Positions 48,401 to 61,439 of a stretch of DNA of 64,000 bases are shown piece by piece. Each line of letters opens with the position of its first letter. Position 1 is the first letter of the stretch. The notes under the pieces were generated by a model. That model worked only from the letters and a program-made list of their open reading frames with translations, ran no database searches and was not told the origin of the DNA. The position numbers were made by a program, and so were the translations under genes. Origin of the DNA: Azolla caroliniana (lineage: Eukaryota > Plantae > Polypodiophyta); the NCBI GenBank assembly GCA_043228905.1, contig JBHGNT010000018.1:3844001-3908000 (forward strand). The letters are read 5' to 3'.

Positions 48401-51144
48401 TCCAAATGCCGAGAAGTTTAAATCGTATCCAGGTGCTACATGTATAGAATGAAGAATAAGTACCGAATCCTACCCTTTTTTAGGGTTGCCGAAGTTTATG
48501 CTGAATGGGTTGTCCCCTTTCTCCAAAACCGAAGCATATTTCCTTGCGATTGTACCTCCTTTCTCTAATAGCACGATAATTTGTGATTTATCATTTATTG
48601 AGGAGAATTTTGTGAACCTTTCGTCAAATAAGCGACACAATATCCATTGTATGAAATATCACAAAGCATGTGCCAAAGTCAGTGATGAAACTTATGAGAT
48701 GTGCTTCCATGAGGAAGTTTTTGACCTCTTATGTGGAAGGTTTTGTTGTGCGAGATGACCCATTGTGATGTATTACTACAATTTGTATGGTGAATTGTCA
48801 ATGGAGCATGCATATTAAATGACATTTTGTTTTCTCATACAATGCCTAGGGGAGGACAAGAAGATATTTACACTACCTTTGGATCATTTCATTTCAATTC
48901 TCACTATTGATGTTGAACCTAATCATCCCCAGCCTTGGGTGGTTCAGTTTTATTAGTGTGGAAAAATATATATGCATATATGCATAGAATAGATAATGAA
49001 TAGTATGTAAATCTGTAGTCTCTGTTGAAATATTAATTTATAATACTATGTTGATATTTTCAAGAGCATTGTAGCCTTGCCATGCGTGCCATCTCGCATA
49101 ACATTATGCATGATATGCATTCTACTTGAGTATGAGTCAAAATCATGTAATACAAGGACCACACTAAGCATCATTTTTTGTTTGTGGCAGTTAGTGTTTG
49201 ATTGTGAGTGTCAATGTATGATCACACATGCGCATTTCATGCATTAAAAGTGAAGAAACAATTCACAAACAGTCGTCTATTGCACATTGTTTTCCTCCGA
49301 GCCTATATTTCTTCCTAGGTTGATACAATTTTAGGTCACAAGAAATAAACTTATGTGGATGTTTCTTCCTGACCCTTGATTTGGATGTTGAATCTGGGCA
49401 TAGATTAGTTACAACTATTGTCAAATCCCAAAAATTGACTAAGGTTTTATTGAATGGGGTATGTTTTTCAAAAACTCATGGTGCCGTAGAGTGTTATTAA
49501 CATCCTTATTCTAGTGTCAACAATTTAATCCCTCCCTCTAGGCCAAGCAATCGACTCTACTACTATTGTAACACCTCACGTTGCTTTGGAGACAACTCTC
49601 TATCCCCCACTACACCTACTAAGGAATATACTAAAACTCCCATATCTCCTTTTTAAACATTATTTACTACTATAATTGACCAAAATTTTATTGAATGAAG
49701 GTGACATTCCTCAAACACTTGCAGTTCATGGGTGTTTGTGAGTCTCTATCAAGGTTCAACAATGAGATTACGTGAAACTTGTTGAAGGGGAACAACACAT
49801 AGTTTTACCACGAGAATTAGATTTTCTTTAGAGGTAGCTCCCTATCCTCATTGGGCATGCCTAGTAGAGCTCCTCATTGGTTAAAAAAATTGTAGAAGGT
49901 TTTAGAGAATAAGACCACCTTCCCTAGACATTTGTGGTTGGATAGTGTGTTGTTGGGTCCCTATTGTAGGTTGAGCAAGCATTGTGCTACCGTCACATCT
50001 AGCTTTCTTTTGGATGCAATCCTCCATATTTGCCATTCTTAGTTAAAGAGTATTAGGAATCCCTTGTTGCCAAAAGCTCATGATATTGTATTATATGTGA
50101 TATATTATTGGAAAGAAAGAATTAATGTGTCTTACACTTTATGTCTTCATCAAACATTGTTTCAATTTCTTGGTGAAGGAATAGTTATATAGTAAAACCC
50201 TAACACTGGCATAATGCATCTTACCTAACTTAAAAGCGAAATGACAACACATGATTAAGGCACCAACCTATCTTTTTGTATGGGTCATAGTCTTACAAAG
50301 TTCAAACATGTTATTGACGCATCTAAATCCTATTAACTTGTATTATCGAATGGTTAACATGATTAAAGTTTGAGTTTCTAGCGACCAGTACTAATGAACA
50401 TTGGAAATTCGAAAACGGTGTTGCGATAAACTAACTTTTCTACATCAAGGCAACATATATTGGTGTGAACCCTCATGATTATAATCATTCTATTTTTATA
50501 AACATGTTTTCTCGCCATACGAACACATTAACTCATAGAAAGAAAAGACTATTTGTCATTGTGCACATACGAAATGTGTGTGGGGTGAGGAAATATGTTG
50601 CAAACTCAAAAGGAATTATTGTGGCAATTGAGAGTGTTAGAGAAGTCACAAAATCTCAACCATGAAGAGAGCCAATTGTGCAAGGTGACATGTCATCATA
50701 TTCAACATCTAAATCGGTGTGTAGGATGGGATTGGTTTCCTATCATTTAGATCCCTAGAGTTCTATAGTTTGTAGTAAGCTATTCATGTTGGTGTTTTTC
50801 TTTCATAATGAAATCCATTATTTGAGAGAGAGGAGGGATTTGTATTGTCGTCTTTGACGGTCAAATATGACATATGAGACAAAAAAACATTACATTTTCA
50901 CATGATACATTTGGAAAAGCATTGTATCAAAGTGTGATACTCAAACCCCCAAACTTTTTTTTTTCTTCAAAGATTTTCCTCATTAGTATTAAGAAAAACA
51001 TGTGAATGCTACAGCTTAAGCTTATGTGCCCAAAATCTTACAATTTTCATGTACAATGATATGCAATAATCCTAAGACCAAAGGTAGAACTTTGTAAAAG
51101 GTAAATTTTTATTTATTTTTCATTCTGCCATGCTTCACTGTTAA

Positions 51145-51900
51145 TCAAGAAAGGGTCCAAGGAAGTTGATAGTTCCATTGAGGCCCTTGAGTTGACTCAG
51201 AGAATAGGGGTAACTTTTTCCATAAGTGAAGGAGCTTCTTCTTTCTCTTGTTCACAATCTCTGGTGAACCCTGCATGTTGTCATACTGGTCGCAGACTAC
51301 TGCCACCAAGTTCTCCCATATCTCATGCAAGACATTTGAGAGACACTGATATGTCGCATCATAACATCGGTTGCATCGACATTTCCATAATGCCCACAAC
51401 GTTATTGTAAAACTCAGTAAAACTTGGAAGAGCACTATTGCTTTCTCGAAATGCAAGGATACCAGCATCTCAGAAACATTGAACCACTTGGGTTGTCTCA
51501 ACTTTGCATTTGAAAACCTACTGGAAATGGATTTGGTCATTCAAGGGGCCAAGTAAATTTATTCTCTTCAGATGGCTATTAGTGCATATGGCCTTACCAG
51601 TTGGTCACTCATTGAAAGGGAATGTAACACCTAATCTTCGACAATGTGACTTTTGCCACAAAGCGCAAGAGACTACCAAGCATGCCCTTTGGTCATGTTC
51701 CTTGGCTCAACAAGTATGGAATAAAGTTCTTTCGTTATTTTTAACAATCAATGTTGGTTGCTTATTTTCATGGGGATCAGCAATGTGGGGAGTGTTACAT
51801 TTGAGTTTGATGTTGTATGAGGCAAGCAATGTTCAAGAGGCAATGATGGTACATAATAGAATATTGATATTGGTCATCCCCTTTCAACAACCTCGAAAGC
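51145..51900. mobile_element. L1-like LINE ORF2 3' fragments (zf-RVT region on plus strand, downstream C-terminus on minus strand)
   Basis: Plus strand: WKWIWSFKGPSK...WLLVHMALPV...CDFC..ETTKHALWSC..AQQVW (zf-RVT). Minus strand: TLWALWKCRCNRCY...LHEIW. Confidence 0.72.
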
Positions 51901-51973
51901 AGGTGCGATGTTTCGGCAAAGTGTGCATAGTTGACTACTCTCATCGCATGTGCCCCAACACCTAGCCTCACAT

Positions 51974-52006
<33 letters not shown>

Positions 52007-52740
52007 GTGTTGTAGTAGGGACAACAAGGTCCACCCACTCTATTGTTGTGGAACATCAAGGATTTTCTTGTATTGCCATGTTATTTTAATATTCTTGTTT
52101 TTAGAGATAGACAGAGATACTTGAGATGGATATATCTACTGATTTGAACACAAGAACTATGACCTTACCACTAGAAAACTCGTGAATAGTTTACTAGTGA
52201 CTCTTTATGTTTTAAATTTTGACTTATGGAACTAATGTAAAATATTTTCTAATAGTTTGTGTGTGGAGTTTATTAGTCACTCTCAATGCTTGAGAAATTG
52301 ACTTATGGGGCTAAAGTGAAATTTGCATAGTTTGTGTGGAGTTTATTAGTGACCCTCAATGTTCTAGAATTTTATTAATATAGATTGTTAGAGTGCCTTA
52401 TAGAAAAATGTGTACATGAAAACATCAAACATTAAAATTGAAGTCCCTTTTAAAATTTGATGGAAGGTGGATCATTGCATTAGACTGTTATGCTCAGATT
52501 CACAAATTTATTTAGCTCCAAATACGCATAGTCGACAAGTCTTCTCATTCGAGCCCATTGAAGAGAATGTAAGCTAGTGAAGAAAAAATAAGCCTTTTGA
52601 AACCAACCATGCAAAGAAGAAAACAATTTTGTATTTTATTTTAACTTATGTAAGATGTTTAAACATGATACCATACATCTCTCACAACTCATCATACATT
52701 CACATCACAAAAAGAGACTCTTATAAGAATGTATTTTTCT

Positions 52741-52747
<7 letters not shown>

Positions 52748-52791
<44 letters not shown>
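52748..52791. repeat. (GA)n microsatellite
   Basis: Seen directly. Confidence 0.9.
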
Positions 52792-52795
<4 letters not shown>

Positions 52796-53285
52796 AATGT
52801 AGTATGCGCGTAGAAGAAAGACGGATGCTAATACTAATGTAGTCGACAATCCATGTTGATCTTAACATTGCATTTGCAAAGTTAAAAGTAGGCGTCAAAA
52901 GTTAGTGCGGCGTGTTACAGCATGCATTATTGTTTTGCTTTTTGTAATGTGTAGAAATCGTGAATACACTTTGTTGCGTTGTTGAGTCTCATTTTGTGGC
53001 ATGGAAGGTGAAGGGGAACCACCATAACAAGAAAAAAACAATATATTCTTTGTTACAATTCTATGATCCCTTTTCTTGTTTAAGAGAATTAAGGATAAGG
53101 ACACAAATTTCCACAAGTGCACGAGACACACTAGAAATTATAAAAATATATTCATATTGCATCAAGATAAACTTAGGCTCATGAAAAGAAGAGCCATTTA
53201 TGATGACAATGTGATAAACCAAATTATCACATATTTGTGCATAAAGCTACACAATATTGTTGTAATCATCATTCAACAAAGGAAC

Positions 53286-54662
53286 CTAATCCTCATGAAT
53301 ACGGTCCATTATGATAACAAGTGTCGCGATGAAGGCTTGGTCCACATTGGGCTCGACACAAACGGTAAAGGTGTGCTTGTCAAGGAGTGCATCACCAATT
53401 GAGTGTTTTCGTTTGAGCTTTATTGGTAGACAAAGACAAGAAAAACTATATTAGTTACAAAATTGATAATGGCATTATGATAAAAAGAGCCAACCATGTT
53501 GACTACTAAGAACATACATACATACACCTAGTGCACATACATACATACATCATACAAATAGATAGATAGATTAGTGCAGTACCTCTGCTATGCGTTGATC
53601 TTTGTGGAAAATGTCGACTTCTCTTGAGAAGAAATTACCCTTCACATCAAAGTCGGGTTCCCCATCGTCGCCATCACAACCATTTAAGTAGACCTCGAGG
53701 TGAGTCTTGAATTGGACTAATGAGCTCTTCTTGACGGAAAAAATCAAGTTTTCGTCATCAAAATCTCCACCTCTTGCGACTTCCCACCTCTCATGAATAG
53801 AAATGAGCTATATTCATAGAGAAGATACACATATAGAAGTTAGACAAAGGAAAAAGCTAAAAGAAGGTTATTCATTAAGAGTCCATGAGGAGAATGATGT
53901 ACCCACGATAAACACAAATCTATTTAAAAAAATTATTTTATAGGGAAGGCCCAAATGAGAGAGAATTGATTCAATCGATCAAGATTGTATAAGAAATTGG
54001 ATTTGAACGACCCAAAAAGAAAATGAAAGAGACCTATTTAGCCATTCTGAAGAGAATTTGAGAAAGTTGAAAAAGCAAATGAGAGAGATCCAATTCGATT
54101 GTCACTTAATTGTATAAGAAACTAGAATTGAGAAAAGCAAAAAAGCAAAAGGAGAATCAAATTAAAGATCTTTGAGATGTTAAAAAGGAATTTAGGTTTA
54201 AAAAGAATCAAATTTGGGCCAATCATGAGAAGAGTTTTTTCTTCCTTTGTGTGTATTGAGGAATGAAGAGAAAACCAAAATCCATGTGAGGGAAGATCAT
54301 TAATTAATTGTGTACATCCAATAGGAGTGGATTACGTTAGATCAAGATGGAAACCACTCATCTCAAAGGAGATACAAGGATTTAGAAACAAAAACAAAAA
54401 AGAAGTAGCAAAAATGAAAAGAATATTGTGTATATGTAAAATTTACCTTCTTGCGTGCAGTGAGGATGGGGTTATCATCACAATCGAGGAGGGTGCATCG
54501 GTCACGGATGCTGAGGGCATGCCCATCCATCTTGAAGATGACATTGTCATTCTCGTCCGAGATCGTGAAGCCCTCCCCACTTGCGCTTAGTGCATTTTGT
54601 GACACCGTCAACTCGACAGGGCAGTCCGACTTGAAGTCCTCTGATACCACATAGAAATCCAT
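53286..54662 (-). CDS. LURP-one-related (LOR / Tubby C-2, scramblase-like fold) protein, 3 exons, 190 aa
   Basis: Exons 54662-54447, 53807-53583 and 53417-53286 with GT-AG, phase-0 introns. Reads GFTISDENDNVIFKMDG...LLDCDDNPILTARKK / LISIHERWEVARG...LIFSVKKSS...DFDVKGNFFSRE / DKHTFTVCVEPNVDQAFIATLVIIMD. Confidence 0.92.
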
Positions 54663-56746
54663 GCTCAAATGAATGAATGAAAGAGAAGAGAATTGAGTGG
54701 AGTTTGTCCTCACAACAAGAAGAGCAAAAGATTTATGTGTTTATGATTAGGAGTTGATAAAGACTTGTAATATATACAACTACATATCTCACTCTATTTA
54801 TACACATGATCTTTACACGGTTGAGCTCTTTTCACATTTGTCCGACCAATCCCCCCCCCCCCCTACCCCCAAACAACACGTATACTCCTCTACATGTTCG
54901 CATGAAATGTACAAATCAAAATGTTTCTTTTCTCTAGTGGAGTCCTTTTCACATTTTTTCAAAGTTCAAACCACCCCACCCCACCCAACACGCATACACA
55001 CATACTCACTCACACTCAACACCGACTTCTTCGTGTCAATGCGCGAATAAAAGCTTTTCTCTTTTCATCATTTTTATCCTCTCCCCTTTTTGTTTTTCTA
55101 ATGCAATAACTTATTTAGCCTTGAACAATAACTTCTTACACATTTGCCTTTTGTGTAATAATTAAAAAAGACAAGGTATTCCAAGATCTCTCGCCGCATA
55201 TGCCAACAATTATTCTCCTTGCGTCCACATTACATTTCTTTGTCTTCGTAAATTAGTGTGCCCCCACTTTCCGCGTATGTTTACGAATATTTATTTATCC
55301 ACGTCTGAACAAAAAGGTTTTCAATTTGTATGCCACGTCGCAACTACCTTGTCTCAAGTTCCAACTACATTTGCGATATGTTTTACACTCACATTGGTTC
55401 TAAGAAATCTACAAGTCCCTAATTTTCTAACAATATCAACATCGAGATTCTTAGTTTTCAAAAATGGGAGAAAAATGAACTATACCGATTAGTAGGCGCA
55501 CTCTTGTGGATGCATAAAACACTCATCGATAATTTAACTAATCAAAGGTAACAACTTGTTAAGTTAAAATGTGCAGTTTTCTACATCTATCTAGCCTTTC
55601 CCTGCCATATCCTTGAATGTGAGACAAAAATTTAACGACCTTGAATATTGTACGTTCATGATGTTATTATAAAATGTTGGTGAGACATTGGCTATCCCTT
55701 TACTAATATTTTCCCTTTCTTTAAAACCTATACTGTTTCCAAAATTTAACCCCACCTTATATTGGATATCCTTATCTTATTCTCTATGATGCTTATCCAA
55801 ACAAGTATTCTCCCTCAAAATATCTCATTATAAGTGTTTTTGCATTTAAAATACTACACACACACAGACACATGTTTCTCACATGTCGACACTCTCCCAA
55901 AAGTCTACTAGATAAGTTAATGTCTAATCCGAATGTTCATCCCCTATTTATTTTTGTTTGTTTCTCTCTCTTGAGTATACATTTTTCCTATGCAATCACT
56001 ATCAAACTCACCAACTTTACTCATGAGAATGGCACCATTATTATCTATGAAGAAAGAGACACGTTAATTATTATTACCTTTGATATCACTTTCTATAACA
56101 TTTGCATTTTTTTGTATTATCTTTGTTGAAACCTTTTCACCATGAAATCCATGTCTACAAAAAGAATGGGCCAACATCAACATAGAGAACTCTTCCTTGA
56201 ATTCCTTGTCCTGAAGCTCCAATCTACAAATGGATATGTTTCCAAATATTGACCCATTTTCTAGATAAGCTTAAATGTTGGGGCAGAAACAACTAAACAA
56301 TTGAAATTAGAATTGTACTGCAAACAAGTGTTAGCATAACCCAAAAATGTAAACAATTGTTAAGCTCGCACTATATTATGTGCCAATTGTTGGACTTGTG
56401 AGGCTTTGATGATGCTTGAGCATCTCCACTAAAGCATGCAAGATTGTGATCTTGATCCTCCTTATGGACTCTGGAGCCCTTGACAATCTAATGAGGCTTT
56501 GATGGGCTCCTTCGTGCTTGTATCAAGACTACAATCTTGATTTTCAATGTGGGGTACTTGATTGCACCCAATATGTGGCGTGGTAAATGAAAATGAGTAT
56601 CATGTATGTCATATTAGAAAGGTGACTCCATGCCCTTGTTAATACAAGTTATGTGTTTAGATATATATTTTGAATAGTCCCCACTAATGCAAAGATTGTA
56701 CGTTTCGGGTTGGTTACACATAACTTCATGGTTGACACCCTTAAGG

Positions 56747-56748
<2 letters not shown>

Positions 56749-56806
<58 letters not shown>
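56749..56806. repeat. (TC)n microsatellite
   Basis: Seen directly. Confidence 0.9.
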
Positions 56807-56811
<5 letters not shown>

Positions 56812-59800
56812 CCTTTGATAAAAATATCTGTTTTTTTATTATCATCATGATAGAATAACTATTGATATGATAAGACGAAAAATAAGAATTATCAAGATGA
56901 TAAAAATGCACATGATATGGTATTGGGTTACAATATATATTTGACCACAATTATTTTGTAAATAGACATTTTTAACCATTAAGTCTGATGCAGATTGACA
57001 TTACAAGCATGGGACAACTTAATCACTTTGACATATACATCCCTGATCAATCATAACTCCCCAATTTGCCTTCAAGCCAAACTTTACCAATTGCTAAATC
57101 GTTTAATGAAGAGTGCATAAGTTCTTTAGCTTTTTTGAAAAACATTTTTTCGCCTCCGGTAAAAGGTTACTTTTGTATTGAAATACAACAAGAGTTTAAT
57201 GAAAGTAATAACTTGCATTTCACAACATATACCCACATCACACCCCTCCCCCCAAACACCTCCCTATAGATATAAGGTGAGTATAGGTAGTCTCTTTCAC
57301 AAACAACATGACCAATACATTTGTCGTAAGATGTGCAGCCGTTGTATATTTCTGTAAAAAAAAGCTCTCCTAACTAATGGGAAATCAACCTCTGTTTTGG
57401 AAGCAATTTGTTCCAACATCATAGTATCCCTCTCGAGGGAATTTGCATTAACGATTTCACATGTACAATTGAATATGTGCCTTGAGTCATCACCAATGTT
57501 TACATATGCAAATCTAGATCAAAATACGATCACTCAACAATCTCTTGTTTGGATCTTATTGTGGGGGATGTTAACATCATTCTACCACAATATCAATGTG
57601 GAATCTCCTGAGGTTAATTTTTTCCCCGTTATCTTAGAAAAAGTAGTAGAATTGCTAACCTATGACTAAATTCATAATACCCTATATTCCATGTATTATG
57701 CATTACACATATAGCAATTTATCATAGGTAGACATTATTTTTGGTATATGCAAGTAAGGATCATTCGCACAAGGGTTGAGTTATTCTCTCTAAAGAAAGA
57801 AGCCCCTCAAGGTGGTAAGATAAATATACATACACATATCTTCCTATAAAAGAAGATGATGTCTAGGCCTTCAAAGTGGTGGGTTAAGTGTTGATGTCAA
57901 TGGCCCAATTTCATCATTATAAACTCATTTTGGGGGGGGGGGGGGGGGGGGGGGTTCCAACTTCCCACCTACATGGGACACCAAGCATTTGTTACTTGAT
58001 GCTTGCTATTATGTTTCCAATGCCAACACGATCATATGGTTTGAAAAGAGGAGCAATTGAAAATGTGATTTTGAAAAATAAATAAATGTGTTTATGAAAA
58101 AAACTTCAAAATTGCTTATCTATTTGAGAATTGAATAAAGTTTTCCTCGATGTCAAGAACGAGCAAATACATCAATTCAAGTAGCAATTTTAGAGAACTT
58201 TAGTATAGTTATTCCATCGAGAAGTATAAAGTTGATATTTAGGGAGCACAAGTGGACATTGTGTTCATTAGGCAATGCATTTGTGCCATGGATGTCGAAG
58301 AAGTGGCCGACATTTTCTTTAGATATAACTAAAGCTAGTGCATAAACTATGAAGCCATGTGGAAGTAGATGTTTGTGTGAAAAGGCCTTAGAGTTACTTT
58401 ACAAGTACATGTTCAATTGTTCTATGATAATAAAATATCTATTACATTGGGACAAAAACACAAATGAATATGTGGAGGTCCACTATCATTATGTATGTAC
58501 ATGTAAAGGCAATTGAAGGCTCATAGATCTATAATATATCAAAATTAAAGACCAAATTGTCTTTACAAAAGTTCTACATAAAAATTAGCTTTTTCAAATT
58601 TTGATGAAAGCTAGGAGTGAAAGTCAATTTAGCTACATATGTTTGGAAAGAATCAATAATAAAAATTTGAAATGAACTAAAGGTCTCTCATTTTAATTAA
58701 TTGATTATACTTTGCAGTATATACAAATTTTTGGTATCAAATATCATTTTATATCTTATATTAATGAATATATTTATAAACATGTGACAAGTGGTATGTT
58801 ATGTATGCACCTTAAATCTAAAATGTATACAACCGTTTCTCTAACTTCGCATTTTGTAGGAGAGAAATTAATGAAGATAAAAGTCTTATTCAAGAGATTG
58901 TTTTTTATAAATTTACAATGTTTAAAGCTATGAAGGCTATATATAACATCAAATCTATATTAAATATGTATGAGAGAAACATTAATTGTAAGATCATCAG
59001 AAAAGTAGATGGGATGCACTATGTTCCAACCATGCGTGTGTTTATAGCATGATGCCCATGCTTTCATAATAGTGTTGATCATGCTTTTGTAGTTGCCTCC
59101 ATGACATTGATTTCAATCAACACTTGCATTCTAGAAAGTGGTTTTTAAAGTCATATTTTTAGGAGCAAATTGCTCGTGCAAATGATCTAAAAAGTTTATT
59201 TATCATAGACACGACATTAAACCCATTTTTGAATACATGAACATTTAACAAAAGCACTACAAGTATAAGCGTTACCATCACACCATCTAACTTATACGTT
59301 AATATTGTGAAATGCACATAAAACCAAAGGGACACCACAATATTTAAGAATTTTATTAGTAGGATTGTGGGCATGGAGGATATTTATCGTGATAAAATTG
59401 TAGGTGCGTTCACATTGTGTTTTAGTGTATAAATTTGTGGTGTTGCTACTTGCATTGTTTAATTGACATATTAGCTAGTGTAATGATATGATCCACCGTA
59501 ATGATGGGACATCAAACCCTAGATCAATAACCGATCTAAGTCATCTATAATAAATATTGATGTCGTAAAATGGCCCTTTTTTCGAGAAATGTCTCCATCA
59601 TAGAGCAAGTCGGCCATGTGTTCTCCATGAAACACAATGACTTACACAAAGGCTAAAACGTTTCCCAAACTTGCAAAGGTTGATATGGAATGTTCCGGTG
59701 TGTAATTTGTGGATACTAGCACTCTTAGCTATGGGCCCATCACGTGTCCACTACGTTGTTTAGATCATTTTGCTTACTTCAAAATTCACATGGGCATCAT

Positions 59801-61439
59801 TTATTAAAGAAATGAACAATGGGTACATGGTTTTGATACTCGTACATGAGCATGAACAAATTAAGACCTACATTATAACAAAATTGTCATTTTTCAATGG
59901 TCTTGAAAATCTCAAAACACCCCAAATGTGCATCCTTAAGAAATTATATTATCTCACTAGTGGTAAGGGATGTTGATGGTAATGGTAGTGACAACAATGG
60001 TCAACAATGAGTAAGTAATTAAAAAGGCAAATTCCTTCAAGTGGATGTGGAGCATATATTGGTTTTTCTGAGGCATAAGTGTTACCTAGCTCCATAGGCC
60101 ACCTTGACAATTTTGTGATATCAAGTTACTTAGAGCTACACAAGATTGCTTAATGTTAGTGTAGACAGACAATTAATAGTCATTTAATACTTAAACGAAG
60201 TGAAGAGTCAAAGGACTTGCCCATAGTATAATAATGACGCACTCAATTTATCTTTACCTTAAGCTTGTTACTTATCATGTATAGAAGGGCCCTCACCGCC
60301 ATGGGAATGTGCAATCATTGCTTGCCCCTCAAGTAGTAAATGATTGTCCTCTAAACAATGTTGTGCAACCAAGTCTTGGATCCTTACATAACACTCCTCC
60401 TTGGGTATTGTTCTACTTATAATAGTGTCTTATCTACCAAATTTTTACATGCCCCTTGCTGAATAATCAACATATGGCATGCTCAAGTGACAACAAATTT
60501 GCCATGAATGAACCCAAAACAAAACATTTGTTGGACCTATTGTTTGTACATCATCAAGAGGATGAGGATGATGTTAACTGTCATTAGTGAGGTATAACTA
60601 ATCATCAAGAGCAACACTAGTTGCAAGTGTATCTGAATCCTTTAAAATGTCACAATGCCAACAACTTCAACCACTACAATGATGATTCCCATTGTTGAAG
60701 GCAAGTCCCCAAATTAGTGTCATTGCCATTGCTTGCAAAGGGACAACACACGCCACAGTTGTGGCATAGCAACATTGTTGCAAACAAGGCCCAATAAAAC
60801 AATTTTTGGAAACCAATGATTGTGGAGTAGGAATCGGCAACAGTTCGGTTTCAGCTTAACCAATTTGGCCTAGTTCAAACCGAACCAGTTGTCTATATGA
60901 GCAAACGACTCTTTTCAAAATTTCGTTATCATCAATTGAACACTCTTTGTGGTGATGTGGACAAATCGGTTGGCAAAGTTGAAGCCTAGTTGGATGTTGG
61001 CAATAAGGTGATTGGTTGGGTTCTATTCTTCCTTGGACCGATATATGCAAAGTTATTATGTAGTTGTCGTGGTCGTATCATGGTGGTGGTTGCCATGCTA
61101 TGGCATGTGAGAAGGGTTTTTGGCGAACTTTTACATTGGGTCAAGATTATGATCGAAGTGACCTCCGGATGAAAAACTGATAAGAACAAGATTAAAGCTC
61201 AAACTATAAGAGCTAACCATTTTTGTACATCTTCGTAGAGAGTGACAAGGCTATTCCCACGTTAGCATAACTAGGAGGTTCTTGACAAGGAAATGAGACA
61301 TCATCTAAACCCCATACAAGTCCAATCTGAAACCAAATATGCACGTAGAGCTTGGCTATAAATTGTTTTTCTACCAGACCACAGCTCATGGAACAAGTGC
61401 ATTCACAAACTAAAACATTCAAAACACTCTGCTGAATAT

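Noticed and set aside
47300-48900. Possible eroded TE or gene remnant
   Set aside because: No continuous frame or family motif that I can support without a search.
57932-57954. 23-nt poly(G) as a functional G-quadruplex
   Set aside because: Isolated intergenic homopolymer with no supporting context; length is also error-prone in assemblies.
58100-61200. Possible MULE/SWIM or other TE remnants downstream of the PPR gene
   Set aside because: Only vague fragmentary resemblance; no TIR, TSD or catalytic motif could be established.
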